NCBI GenBank assembly: GCA_963788195.1
Contig: CAWBGA010000017.1
Coordinates: 256,001-320,000 of the forward strand
Origin: Nitrospirota bacterium
GTDB lineage: Bacteria; Nitrospirota; Nitrospiria; Nitrospirales; NS-4
Direction: 5' to 3'
Length of the DNA: 64,000 bases
Shown: one piece after another, positions 11,427-23,250 of the stretch
Layout of the letters: each line of letters begins with the position of its first letter
Position numbering within the stretch: the first letter of the stretch is position 1
Program-made: the position numbers and the translations under genes
Notes under the pieces: generated by a model
What the model was told of the DNA's origin: nothing
Database searches by the model: none
What the model saw: the letters and a program-made list of their open reading frames with translations, nothing else

Positions 11427-12054
11427 CTACGTCGTCCGCGTCGATTTCATGAGCCCATCGGCTTGCGGAGGGGAAAAGCCCTGGAACCCTTGATGGCGTT
11501 CGGTGAGCTCAAGGACGGAAAACGACTGGCCATCTACGCGCTCGGGTGCGGTGAAGATCTGCCGCAGCAGCCCGCCGCGGGCACCCACGATCTCACCGGT
11601 AAAGGCCACCCCGGCATCTCGTAGGCGGTCGATGGCCCGTTCAATATCTTCCACGCGGATGGCGATATGATGCAGGGTCTGGTCGCCGAACTGCTTCACC
11701 CATCCCGGAATAATGCTGCTCTCCCCGCGACGATCCGGATAGCCTTGATCAATGAAGAGCGCGGGATAGCCCGCCATTCGATAGACTTTCGCGAACCAGT
11801 CCTCATAGCTCAGGGTTTCTGAATACGCATAGCCTAATGCCATAAATTCTTCGGCGCGCTGGTCAATATCCATTGTCCGGATCGTAATGTGGTCAATCAC
11901 GGGGATAAAGCCGACGCCTGTTTCGTCCAGTTTCGTTTTGAGCAGCCGCGCGGCCGAATTGCGCGACACATACTCGTCGACGAGATGGTTAGAAAAGTCT
12001 TCTCAAGCCAGGCCGGGCGGAGAGTGATTTTCGAAGGTGGTAGTAGCTGGTCAT
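11427..12054 (-). CDS. VOC-fold metalloenzyme (HPPD/DUF1338 HglS-like); start uncertain, probable indel near 12000
   Basis: IDHITIRT, LHHIAIRV, LRQIFT, ELTER..FQGF...ADGLMKST. Confidence 0.75.
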
Positions 12055-12077
12055 GAAGGATCATCAGGTACGGCTCT

Positions 12078-13556
12078 TTACTGTGTGTCGATCTGCGCTC
12101 GCTGCAAGCGGCCACTGTAATCAACGTAGATCGTCTTCCATTCGCTGAACGTGTCGAGTGCGGCCTGTCCCGCCTCACGATGGCCATTGCCGGTCTGGCG
12201 CATTCCCCCAAACGGAAGGTGAACCTCACTCCCGATCGTGCCGGCGTTGACATAGATGATGGCCGTCTGAATATCTCTCATGGCCCGATACGCCCGATTG
12301 ATATCTTGGGTATAGATGGAAGTGGAGAGGCCATACTTGACGTCGTTATTGACCCGGATCGCTTCGTCCAGGTCCTTCACCTCGAGGATGGCGAGTACCG
12401 GCCCGAAGATTTCTTCCCGGGCGAGTTGCATCGCCGGCGTCACCTGGTCCAATAATGTGGGCTCGTAGAAATACCCTTTGGAAGAGGCGCTTTTGGAGAG
12501 CGTCTTCCCTCCCGTGAGGAGCCGCGCTCCTTCTTGCTGGCCAAGTTGCACACGTTCGTGAACACGTTCACGTTGTGCCTCATTGACTAATGGGCCCATC
12601 TCCGTTTCAGGCTCCAGACCATTACCGATCCGAAGTTTGGCCATGCGCGCAAGGAGTTTCTTCGTCAAGGCCTCCTTGACCGCCTCGTGCACGATGAGCC
12701 GGCTGCAGGCAGTGCACCGCTGGCCGGTTGTCCCATACGCGCTCCACACGATTCCATCCACCGCGAGGTCCAAGTCAGCATCGTCCATCACGATGATCGC
12801 ATTTTTGCCGCCCAACTCCAGCGCGACCCGCTTGTACCGCCGCGCCGCCTCTTCGGCGACTTTTCCCCCGGTGTGGGTTGACCCGGTAAAAGAAATCACG
12901 GAGACGTCTTCATGGCTGACAAGCCACTCGCCAAGCTTTGGGTTCTGCCCTAAGACAAGGTTCACTACGCCCGGCGGCATCCCGCAGTCCTCGAGCACCT
13001 TGACGAATCGCGCAGCACAGACCGGAGTCTCAGGAGATGGCTTTAGCACGACAGTATTGCCGAGAATCAGCGCCGGAAACATCTTCCAGGAGGGGATCGC
13101 AATCGGAAAGTTCCACGGGGTGATTAATCCCGCGACGCCCAGCGGTTCCCGCACGCATTGCGCCGCCTTGTCGGGAAGTTCCGAGGGGACCACCTGGCCG
13201 AACTGACGGCGTCCCTCAGCCCCCATGTAGTAGGCCATGTCGATCGCCTCTTGCACATCGCCCCGGCCTTCGGGCAGGACTTTGCCCATCTCGGAAGTCA
13301 CCGCACGCCCGAGTTCTTCCTTGTGCTGTATCAGTTGCTCAGCAACTCTAAAGAGAATCTCTCCGCGACGGGGCGCCGGAGTACGTCGCCACGGCTCAAA
13401 AGCTGTTCGCGCCGACGCCACGGCGGCGTTCAAATCATCAAACCCGGAATCTGCGCACTGACCAATCAACTCCCCTGTCGCCGGGTTCAGGCTGTCAAAA
13501 GTCTTTCCAGACTTGCTTGGAACCCATTGGCCGTCGATGAAGTTGTTATAGGTCAT
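12078..13556 (-). CDS. Aldehyde dehydrogenase
   Basis: ITPWNFP, FTGS, ELGGKN, GQRCTA, EEIFGP, PFGG. Confidence 0.95.
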   Translation of the reverse strand: MTYNNFIDGQWVPSKSGKTFDSLNPATGELIGQCADSGFDDLNAAVASARTAFEPWRRTPAPRRGEILFRVAEQLIQHKEELGRAVTSEMGKVLPEGRGDVQEAIDMAYYMGAEGRRQFGQVVPSELPDKAAQCVREPLGVAGLITPWNFPIAIPSWKMFPALILGNTVVLKPSPETPVCAARFVKVLEDCGMPPGVVNLVLGQNPKLGEWLVSHEDVSVISFTGSTHTGGKVAEEAARRYKRVALELGGKNAIIVMDDADLDLAVDGIVWSAYGTTGQRCTACSRLIVHEAVKEALTKKLLARMAKLRIGNGLEPETEMGPLVNEAQRERVHERVQLGQQEGARLLTGGKTLSKSASSKGYFYEPTLLDQVTPAMQLAREEIFGPVLAILEVKDLDEAIRVNNDVKYGLSTSIYTQDINRAYRAMRDIQTAIIYVNAGTIGSEVHLPFGGMRQTGNGHREAGQAALDTFSEWKTIYVDYSGRLQRAQIDTQ

Positions 13557-14886
13557 TTTAGGACAGGCTTCCTTTTCCCTTGGGTCAGCACCCCTTCCAG
13601 CACGTTCAAGCCTTCATCGATCTCATCGCGCGTGATATTGAGCGGGGGACTGATACGAATTGAATTCCGGCCGCAGGGTAATAGAAGAAGACCCCGGGTG
13701 AAGGCCTCCCGAACAATATCATCCCGTTCTGCTTCGGCGCGTTCTTTCGTGTGTTGATCTCGAACGAGCTCGATCCCGATCATGAGCCCCCGGCCACGGA
13801 TATCGCCGATCCAAGGGGAACGGTGTTGCATCGCCCGCAATCTCTGCTGAATATACCCGCCCTGTTCTGCGGCGTTCCGCATCAGCCCTTCCTTCTCGAT
13901 GATATCGAGTGTCGCCAAGCTGGCTTCGCATGCCACTGGATTCCCGCCGAAAGTCGAGGTATGCGATCCCTTTTCCCAGGACACAATTTTCTTGCGGGCA
14001 ATGATAGCGCCAAGCGGGAGCCCGCCGCCGAGCGCTTTCGCCATGCAAATGATGTCAGGCACGACTTTGGCGTATTCAATGGCGAAGAATTTTCCCGTCC
14101 GCCCCATGCCGGCTTGCACCTCATCATCCACCAATAAGATTCCATGGCGGTCGCAGAGCCGGCGAAGACCAGTGAGAAACGAGTCAGGCGGGACAATGAC
14201 TCCTCCTTCGCCTTGGATCGGTTCCACAACGATGGCCGCGGTCTCCTCGGCCGGGAGCACGGTACGGAACAACACTTCTTCGATATGCTCTAAGCATTCC
14301 CGCCCCGGGTCCGAGGACCGGGCTGCGATAGGGGTACGGGTAATGGGCGTGAAAAACGCCGGGCAAGAGCGGCGAGAAACCGCGGCGCTGAACCGGTTTG
14401 CTCGAGGTCAGCGACACGGCGCCCAGCGTCCGTCCATGAAAGGCGTTGTAGAAGGCCAGGATGTAGGGACGTCGGGTGGCATGGCGCGCAAGCTTTACGG
14501 CCGCCTCGACTGCCTCCGCGCCGGAATTGCACAGATAGACCTGGTTCGGCGCCGCGGCCAGGGGCCATGCGCGCCAGCCGTTCGGCCAGGCGAATATAGG
14601 ACGGGTAATAAAAATCGGCGAAGGAGAAATGGATCAATCGACCGGCCTGAGCCGTAATCGCCCCGACGACCTCCTTATGACCGTGCCCGGCGGCGCTGAC
14701 GGCAATCCCCGCTGTAAAGTCGAGGTAGCAGTTCCCGTCGACGTCCCAGACATGACAACCAGCAGCGCGATCCACCACGAGCGGGTACGCCTGCGTGGCG
14801 GAAGGGGCGACATAGCGGTCGCTCCGTTTCAGGAAGGCCCGGGCTCGGGGGCCCGGAGGATGTGTCCGGATCTGTAGTGTCGGCAT
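13553..14886 (-). CDS. Class III PLP aminotransferase (GABA/ornithine/lysine-6 type); split by indels
   Basis: [49 protein letters not shown]. Confidence 0.9.
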
Positions 14887-14913
14887 CCTTGTTGGCCCTC
14901 GTGTACCCTACAA

Positions 14914-16850
14914 TTACTCTACTGCGCGACTGGCATGAAGGCAAGTTTTCAGTCCCGTGAAACCACTTACCATCAGGCCATCGGACGAGGGCGTAATTAG
15001 CTTCGTCTCAAGGCGGCAGCGATCTTGCGGGGGAGTGGATGTGGTCTCCAGCATTTCGAGAGGTAAAGGGAGCGCCAGCGACCAGTTCGGTCGTTCGGTA
15101 GTGGTGCCGGGAAGATTCGGGCGCTCCTCAACAGTAAGCGCATCATCAAGCGTCGCCATCACGAGCCTCGATGGCGCGGTCGCGAGGAGCCGATAGGTCC
15201 GCTCAACCACCTCGCTAGCCGGCGCACTCTTTTTGAGCCGCGTGCTCCTGCACAGACGCTGATAAATCTCTTTGTGACCCTCCTCGTTGGGTTTGAGACC
15301 GAGCCGTCGCTGTAGACGGAGATCCCTGCCGGTCCACAGACCTTTGATCGTGGGAAGGTCATGATTGGTAACGGCCGCAAGCGCCAGATCAGGAAACTGG
15401 CTCGGCGGAACTTTCTCGAACCATAGCAATCGGTAGGACAAAATACGGTGGCGTGCGAGTTGCTTTCGCATGCTTTCTTCGACCGTCCCCAGATCTTCGC
15501 CGACGACGACTGCGCCTGCGCGGTGACTTTCAAGCGCAAGAATCCTCAACAGATCCTTCGCGGCATAATTCACATATGCGCCCTGCTTGGCCGTCATTCC
15601 TTGCGGAATCCAGAACAATCGGAAGAGTCCCATCACATGATCAATGCGGAGTCCTCGTGCGTGACGCAATGTCGCGCGCACCGTCTCGATGAAGGGACCA
15701 TACGCGGCCGCACGCAATTTATATGGCACGAATGGCGGCAGGCCCCAATTCTGTCCGTCGGCGCTGAACTCATCTGGAGGAGCGCCCACCGCAGCGCCTT
15801 TGGCAAGCAAGTCTTGCCATGCCCAGGCATCCGCTCCACCGGGGTCAAATCCGATCGGCAGATCATGCATGAGCCCGATCGATCGGCCGGCTCTTCGCAC
15901 CTGTTCGTCGAGCAACCATTGCACCCACTCATGGAACCTCACCCGGGTGGCTTCTTTCTTTTGAAATTGCTTCACGTGCGAAGAAACGGGCTGTTGATAG
16001 GCCGCAGGCCATCGTCGCCAGTCTCGTCCGTGCCGCTCTGCCAGCGCGCAAAACGTCGCGAACTGCCTCAGGCCTTGGCCTTGACTCTTGCGGTACCGTT
16101 CAAAATCGAGATCTTCCCGAAACTGCGCCCACAAGTATAGCAAGGGCCCGCATCTTCAAGTCAAAGACGCGGTCGTAATCAATCTGCCGTTTTTTATTGA
16201 GTGCCAGCCCCGCCGAAAAAAGTCTCCGCAGCTTAGCGCTGGACCGCTTCGCCCCAGGAACCTCCTCAATCTTCAAATAGAGAATGTTCCAAAACCGTCG
16301 GGTGGTCGGAAAGTACGGGCTCGGCTCCTGGGGAACCACCGGGGCCGACGCGCGTAGCGGATTCAGGAGCAACCACTCGGCGCCTAATTCGCGTGCCGAC
16401 CATTCACCGAGGCGGCGCAAGTCGGCAAGATCGCCGATGCCCCAACTCTCTGAGGAGCGCGTGGCGTAGAGCTGAACAGCCCATCCCCAGGATCGTAATG
16501 TCTTGGGGAGGTAACAGTGTCCTGGAGTGACGATCAGCGTGGTCTCAGAGGCCGGGCGCAGCCAATGGAGTCGATGGTACCCCAGTGGCAAATCGCGTGG
16601 AAGCGCGTCGCGAACGAGAACCGTTCCGCCGTTTTCAAGAATCAGTTCGGCTCGTCCCTCGATCGGCACATGCTGACCTTCCCTGATGACCCATACCGCC
16701 TTCTTGGCCGATCGCATCGCGGCTTCGGAACGGTGGTCCCGTAACATCCATCGCCTCCAATATCGCACGGCGAGTCTCATGGCTGATGCCATGCCGGACC
16801 TGGTGAACATCCATATAGGAAGACTGGATGCCCCATTGATCAGCACTCAC
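14914..16850 (-). CDS. malQ: 4-alpha-glucanotransferase (GH77); split by indels
   Basis: WGWAVQLY, WGIGDL, SPYFP, DLPIG, GAPPD.F...GQNWG, RIDHVMGLFR, GEDLG, NHD. Confidence 0.92.
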
Positions 16851-16992
16851 TTTTCATCAGCTCCTCCCCGCCGCATCGTATTGATGCCACCTTGCAGAAG
16901 GCTGCGAATGCCTCGCAATAGTGAAAAGGGGCTAAGCCAGAATCCTAGAAGGTCTCCGCCACGAGCTTCAAGAAGAATTGGGGTAGTAACCC

Positions 16993-17031
16993 TTGACAGG
17001 GCAGCAATCGCTATGTAACCATTGGTTACAT
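16993..17031 (+). promoter_or_regulatory. Sigma70-like promoter overlapped by a perfect palindrome ATGTAACCA-T-TGGTTACAT (candidate operator)
   Basis: TTGACA at 16993-16998; palindrome 17013-17031 covers the expected -10 region, upstream of the LexA-like gene. Confidence 0.6.
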
Positions 17032-17032
17032 G

Positions 17033-17318
17033 ACACGGACTTGTCCCATTACACCCGCCCACTCCTGAAATCTTATTTCACCCACCGCCCCAAGCCTGCC
17101 AAGACAGGCTTTTGTCCCGTGGGACAGATTCCTTTTCCCCTGCACACCCTCCATTCCACCCAGCCCACCCCGACCTCGCCATTGCACCCGCCCACCAAGC
17201 AGAGCTTGCTCGACCCGAAGGCCCGATGATTACTTAAGGCCGCCGGGGAACCTTCTTTCTTTCTTTAATCTTCGTCACACCGCCCACCCCGGCCGCGCCG
17301 AGACACGGGCTTGTCCCG
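17033..17318 (+). repeat. Modular intergenic repeat cluster A (two CCRAGA hairpins plus the 45-nt module)
   Basis: AAGCCTG-CCAAGA-CAGGCTT at 17092-17111; module at 17203-17248; hairpin at 17291-17310. Blocks are shared with the 43.1-43.5 kb and 59.35-59.58 kb clusters. Confidence 0.85.
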
Positions 17319-17864
17319 ATGACCCGTTCTGAATTCAAGAAAATGAGACGAGAGCAGCTCGGCCTTACCCAAGAAGAACTGGCGAGGCGGCTAGGAACGA
17401 CACGCATGACCATTACCCGATACGAAGCTGGAACTCGTCGGATCTCGGGGGTCGTGCAGATAGCACTGAAGCAGCTGTGCGCCTCTTCTCACATTACGAT
17501 GGCCGGCATTGTCGCAGCAGGCGCTCCAATCGAGCCGATCTTACAGACTGAAATGGTGGACGTGCCACCGTCGATGGCTCGGAGCGGTGAGAACTTCGGC
17601 CTGCGTGTAAAGGGAGAGTCCATGCGCGACGAAGGCATTTTGCCTGGTGACATTGTGATCGTCCATAAGCAGGCGACCGCGCGCAACGGGCAGACGATAT
17701 TGGCCCTGGTGAATCAGGAAGCGACGATCAAAAAGTACTACCGCAAAGGAGCGCGGGTGGAATTACATCCTGCCAATGCAGAAATGAAGCCGATTATCGT
17801 GACTTCTGAGGATGATTTTCGGATTCAAGGAATCGTCATTGGACTGATCCGCTATTGTGAGTAA
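17319..17864 (+). CDS. lexA: LexA-like repressor: XRE/Cro-C1 HTH plus S24 autopeptidase
   Basis: LGLTQEELARRLG...ITRYEAG HTH; cleavage site VAAG; catalytic GESM and TIKK; LHPAN. Confidence 0.85.
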   Translation: MTRSEFKKMRREQLGLTQEELARRLGTTRMTITRYEAGTRRISGVVQIALKQLCASSHITMAGIVAAGAPIEPILQTEMVDVPPSMARSGENFGLRVKGESMRDEGILPGDIVIVHKQATARNGQTILALVNQEATIKKYYRKGARVELHPANAEMKPIIVTSEDDFRIQGIVIGLIRYCE

Positions 17865-17988
17865 CGGCCTGCTGAAAAAGCCCTCCAGCGGCGTTCTCAG
17901 TCGCTCGAACCCCTCAACGTACAGAAAAAGTACGCCTCGGGGACCTCGCTTCTTGCGGCCTTGCCGGCGACCTTTTTGACCAGGCCGT
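17864..17988. mobile_element. ~125-bp MITE-like element with terminal inverted repeats
   Basis: ACGGCCTGCTGAAAAAG ... CTTTTTGACCAGGCCGT (15/17 complementary); non-coding; lies between lexA and imuB. Confidence 0.7.
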
Positions 17989-17997
17989 GGAGAATTA

Positions 17998-19187
17998 ATG
18001 GATCGGCAGATCGTGTGTTATCAGATTCCTGCCTTTGAAATCGCGGTTGCGCGTCTTCAGGATGCTTCGCTTCGCGATCGGCCGGTCGCGGTCGTACCGT
18101 CGCGCACACCTCGCGCTCTCATCCATCAAGTTTCGAGCGAGGCGAAGCACGAGGGGCTGTCTCCAGGGATGTCGCTGGACTATGCCCGTCGGCTGTGTCC
18201 CACCTTGCGGGTGCTGCCGACCGACCCTGTTCGCGTTCAGGTAGCGCAGCAAGGCCTTCTGGAAGTGATCGGCCGCTTTGCTCCGGTTTGGGAGGCGCTG
18301 CGTCCCGGCCATCTCTTCTTGGATCTCACCGGAACGACGAGGCTCTTTGGCCCCGCCGTCGATGCCGCCGCCCGGATCGAGCGTGAAGTCATTCACCGAT
18401 ATGGATTGCCGGGTGCGATGGGCATCGGGAGCAATAAACTGGTGTCACGCGTGGCCGCCGCTGTTATGCAGCCTCCGCAACTCTGTGATGTTCGCGCGGG
18501 CTCCGAAGGGATATTCTTTTCACCCTTGCCGGTGACGGTGCTCCCCGGGATTGGGTCGATCCTCAGCAAACACGGTACTGATGCTTCTGCAAGATCTCAA
18601 TCTTCGCACCTTGGGAGAGATCGCGGAGATTCCCTTGCCTCAGCTGGCGGTGGCATTCGGACGTCAGGCGGCGCTCCTTCATCGCTGGGCCAACGGAATT
18701 GACTCCTCACCGGTCCTGCCTGCCGTTCAGCGTCCCATTGTGGAGATCTCCCGGGTCCTTGACGCCGGATGCGGTGGATGACGGAGAGCTCCTCGCACGC
18801 CTATACGGTCTTCTAGAAGAACTTTGCCGAACACTGCGACGCCAGCAGCGGGTCTGCCGGCGCCTCGCGCTCAGTCTGTGGCACAGCGATCATGTGGAAG
18901 TCAGCCGGCATCGCACGTTTGCAGTCGGCAGCTATTGGGAGGCGCAAATGTTTCCTTATCTAAAAGAACTGTTCTTTGGTTGTTTCAAGCGACGGGTCCG
19001 CATTCGCAGAATGGCGCTTCGCGCGGAAGCCCTGGCGCCTCCCGAAGAGCAGTTGTCGCTGTTTGACCTGGACCCATCCGAGAACCAAAAACAAAAACGT
19101 ATGCAACGCCTTTCCCTCGCACTAGATTGCTTGCGCGAACGCTTTGGCCCCCACACCCTTTATTGGGGCTCAAAAGGCACCCACTGA
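17998..19187 (+). CDS. imuB: Y-family DNA polymerase-like ImuB; split by indels
   Basis: L.DRPVAV, GL.PGM.L..A.RLCP, FLDLTG, GIG.NKL, C-terminal QLSLF clamp motif. DinB catalytic acidic motifs are degenerate. Confidence 0.85.
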
Positions 19188-19189
19188 TC

Positions 19190-22100
19190 ATGTCCTTCGT
19201 CCATCTGCATGTCCATTCCGACTATTCACCGATGGAAGGCGTCTCATCACTCAAGGAACTCTGCGAGACCGCGCGAGCGCACGGAGCCGACACCCTTGCA
19301 TTAACCGATACGAATGGCCTTTACGGGGCGATTCGATTTCTTGAAATCGCCAAAGAGACGGGGCTGCGGCCGATCCTGGGCGCGGAAGTGAGCACACCGG
19401 GCCAGACAGCCCCTGAAGCCCGCCTCTGTTTCTCACCGGGCGGTGCTGCTGGTAAAAAATCGCAGAGGGCTATGCAAATCTCTGTCGGTTGCTCTCGGCG
19501 AGGCATTGCGATGACGACTTCGATCTGATCTCGGCAGTCGCGCGGTATCGGGACGGATTAATCATTCTCTCGGACGATCAGCCGGCGCTCACAGCCTGGA
19601 AAAAACAATCGTCTGCGGACCTGTATGTCGAGTTGACCCCCGGAGCGATGATGCACCAGGCGCTGGCCTTTAGCCGCCGGGCCGAGCTTCCGCCTGTCGG
19701 GCACGAACCGAGTGCGTTTTGTGGCCCCGCATCAGTTCCATCTGCACCGGCTGCTCCGGACCATCGCGTTGAACACGACGCTCTCTCGGCTGCCGCCTGA
19801 CGCCTGCTGCGCTCCGACGCATTGGCTGGCTCCTGTCTCGACCTTGGCCGGTTACTATCCCCACGTTCCACACGCACTCGAAAACACGCGCCGGATCGCG
19901 GACGACTGTCGGACGGACTGGAATTTTCGGGACACTGTCTTTCCAGCCTTTCGGCAGTTGACCGACGAGGGCGCGTTCACAAAGCTCGAGGGAAAAACCT
20001 ATGCGGGCGCGGCATGGCGCTATGGCACTGTGTCACAGGCCCGTGAAAGATCGCATCGACCATGAGCTCGCGATCATTCGGCAAAAGCGCTTCGCCCATT
20101 ACTTCCTGGTGGTGGAGGAAATTGTCCAGGGCCGCGCCTCGGACATGCGGCAGAGGATCCGTGGCCGCCTCGATCGTGTCCTACTGTTTGGGGATCACCC
20201 ATGTGGATCCTCTGAAGCATCACCTGTTTTTCGAGCGATTCTTGAATCCGGGCCGCCGTGATCCGCCGGATATCGATATTGATTTTCCCTGGGATGAACG
20301 CGACCACATCCTGGATGGGATCTTCGACCGGTACGGGGCGCAGCGGGCCGCAATGGTGGCGAATCAAAACAGCTTAGGCTTCCGCGCAGCCGTTCGTGAA
20401 GTGGCAAAAGTCTATGGCATTGCGCCTGCCGAGATTGCGCAGGTCGCACCCCGCATCATGCGGCAGATGGATGTCCTGGAGCTCGCCGAAAGCCATGCTG
20501 CGCGCGCCTGGGCCGAGTCTCTCTGCAAGGAGATGAGCCTCAAAGCGCCCTGGCCGGAGATTCTTGATCTCGCGGTGCGGGCGCAGGGACACTTCCGGCA
20601 CCTCTCGCTTCACTCCGGCGGGGTGGTCATCGTCCCGGACGAGATCCGCCGGTACGTGCCGGTGGAAGTCTCGGCCAAGGGATTGCCGGTGATTCAGTGG
20701 GAGAAGGATCAGACCGAAGACGCCGGGCTCGTCAAGATCGATATCCTGGGCAACCGCTCGCTGGCAGTCATCCGCGACGCCCTGGCTGCCATCGCCCGCA
20801 ATACCGGCCGGCAGATCGACTACCGCACCTGGGATCCGATTCCCGATGCCTCCGACTCAAGAGCTGATCCGTCGCGGAGATACCATGGGATGCTTCTATA
20901 TCGAATCGCCGGCAACGCGTTTGTTGCTGAGAAAACTTTGGACCGGCATGCCACCGGAACGCCGGGCCTCTGCCGACGTGTTCGAGTATTTGGTCATTGT
21001 GTCGTCCCTGGTCAGACCCGCGGCGATCTCATTTGTGCATGAATTCATCCGGCGGGCGCACGGCGAGCCGTTCGAGCCACTCCATCCCGTTTTACGGGAA
21101 GTGCTCAGCGAAACATACGGAATTATGGTGTACCAGGAAGACGTCACGAAAGTCGCCATGGCGCTCGCCGGCTTTACGGTTGAAGACGCGGATGAACTCC
21201 GAAAGGTCATCAGTAAAAAGCACAAAGAAAAGCAGCTTCGCGATTATTGCCAGCAATTTTATGACGGCGCCGGCAAGAACGGCGCCTCGCGCGCCGTGAT
21301 TGACGCGATTTGGGCGATGATCATGAGCTTTGCCGGATACAGCTTCTGCAAGCCCCATTCCGCCAGTTACGCCCAGGTCTCTTTCAAGTCCGCCTACCTG
21401 CGCGCTCACTATCCCGCCGAGTTCATGGCGGCCGTCATCAGCAACGAGGGCGGCTATTACTCGGCCTTCGCCTACCTGTCGGAAGCGCGGCGCATGGGCC
21501 TCACGATCCTGCCTCCGGATGTCAACAGCAGCGACTGGGCCTACATAGGAAGCGGCCGGACCATCCGCGTCGGATTGATGCAGGTCAAGACGCTCGCGCG
21601 CGCCCTGGTCGAGCGGCTGATCACAGAACGCTCGCGTGGCGGGCCTTTTCGGTCATTTCATGATTTCTTAAAACGGGTACAGCCCGAACCAGCGCAGGCC
21701 AGGACATTGATTAGGGCCGGTTGCTGCGACTCGATCGCCGGGGAACTGACACGGCCGGCGTTGCTCTGGCGGCTGCATGGGCGGAGGAGCATGACTCGCC
21801 TCTGATCCAGTAGACGGACAGGCGCTCTCCCCATTCCGGAGGAATATTCCGCAAACCAGATCCTCCAGCATGAGATCGAGTTACTGGGGTTTCCGCTCAG
21901 TCTGCATCCCCTAGAGCTCTATCGCTCTGTTCTTCAGAAGATTCAGTACGTGCCGGCTATTGAGATGCGCAGCCACGTTGGCCGCGCCGTCACGATGATC
22001 GGATGGCTGATCACCGAGAAAATGGCCCAGACCCGCGATGGAGATCCAATGGAATTCATCACTCTCGAAGATACGACGGCCCTCTACGATGCGACGTTGT

Positions 22101-22318
22101 TTCCGGCAGTGTATCGCCGGGTCTGCCAGCTTCTGACCCCGGACCAGCCCTATCTCTTACGCGGTCGCGTTGAAGAGGAGTTCGGCGTCGCCACTTTAAC
22201 CGTTGATGACCTGCGACGTCTGAATGACAGCTCCGCCGCTCCCCTCCAAAAAGAGCACTGCTTTACAGCCGACGCCATGCTAAGTTTTGACCATGGGGAG
22301 GATGCCGAGTTCGCCTGA
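19190..22318 (+). CDS. dnaE2: Second C-family DNA polymerase alpha subunit (error-prone DnaE2-like); split by several indels
   Basis: FVHLHVHSDYS PHP domain, RGS.A.S, FERFLNP.R.DPPDIDIDF, KIDILG, YSFCKPHS, OB fold (FITLED); context after imuB. Confidence 0.85.
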
Positions 22319-22324
22319 CGATCG

Positions 22325-22430
22325 ATTGCACCCGCCATTTCACCCGCCGCCCCGGCCCCTGCCAAGACAGGGTCCCTGTCCCGCGACACCACCGCCGCCC
22401 CGCCCGCCAAGACAGGCCGCTGTCCCGTGG
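22325..22430 (+). repeat. Repeat cluster D (two CCAAGA hairpins)
   Basis: ATTGCACCCGCC lead-in; hairpins at 22354-22375 and 22401-22419, each followed by TGTCCCG. Confidence 0.75.
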
Positions 22431-22433
22431 AAC

Positions 22434-23094
22434 ATGATTCCCGTCTCCCGAGCGAGATCTGCTGCGGACTTTCTGCCACCCGCACTGACACTGCCGGCCT
22501 TGAAAAAAGCGGCGGCCGACTGTAAGGGCTGCGATCTCTATAAGCGCGCGACTCAGACCGTCTTTGGTGAAGGTCCGAAGAAGACTTCCGTTGTCTTGGT
22601 GGGAGAACAACCGGGGGACCAGGAAGATAAGATGGGACGGCCGTTTGTCGGTCCCGCCGGGGGAATACTGAGGAAGGCGCTCGAGGAGGCCGGTATCCCC
22701 GTGACCTCGGTATATGTGACGAACGCTGTAAAACATTTCAAATGGGAACCTCAAGGAAATCGGCGAAAACATAAAAAACCCCTGGCCAGTGAGATCGCCG
22801 CCTGCCGCCCCTGGCTCATCGCTGAACTGAAGCTGACGCAACCAAAAATCGTCGTGTGCCTCGGGGTAACGGCGACTCAATCCCTGCTGGGCCGGCCCAA
22901 TCCGTCTCGCCGACGAGCGAGGCAAATTTCTCATGAGCGCATTGGGTCGTGAGGTCTTTATTACCATCCATCCCTCCGCCGTGCTTCGGCATCCCGAAAG
23001 AGAGCAGCAAAAGCTTGAATATGCGCGCTTGGTGAGCGATCTGGCGTTGGTTCAGGCAAAGCTTTCAGAAGCTGAACGAGACCCTCCCTCTTAG
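22434..23094 (+). CDS. udgX: UdgX-like family-4 uracil-DNA glycosylase; indel near 22900
   Basis: Fe-S CKGC, GEQPG, GRPFVGPAG, TNAVKHFKW...NRRKHKKP R-loop, C.PWL, HPSAVL. Confidence 0.85.
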
Positions 23095-23250
23095 TGAGTT
23101 CTCTCATCGATGACATTTGTGAGCCAGCCCTGCGCCCAGCACACGTGGACAATTCCCCTGCGATCTCATGATTTTTGTACATTGTAGGGCAGGCGATCTG
23201 CTGTTAAGAACAGCTGCAGGTTCACTTACGGCTCTTAAAGGAGGTAACGA

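Noticed and set aside
17033..17318. Repeat clusters as a CRISPR array
   Set aside because: No regular repeat-spacer period, units are dispersed, and there are no cas genes.
19190..22318. Programmed frameshifts or pseudogenes in dnaE2, pilY1, malQ, pheT and others
   Set aside because: Essential pheT is also split, catalytic motifs are intact and no shared slippery motif was seen. Sequencing error is more likely.
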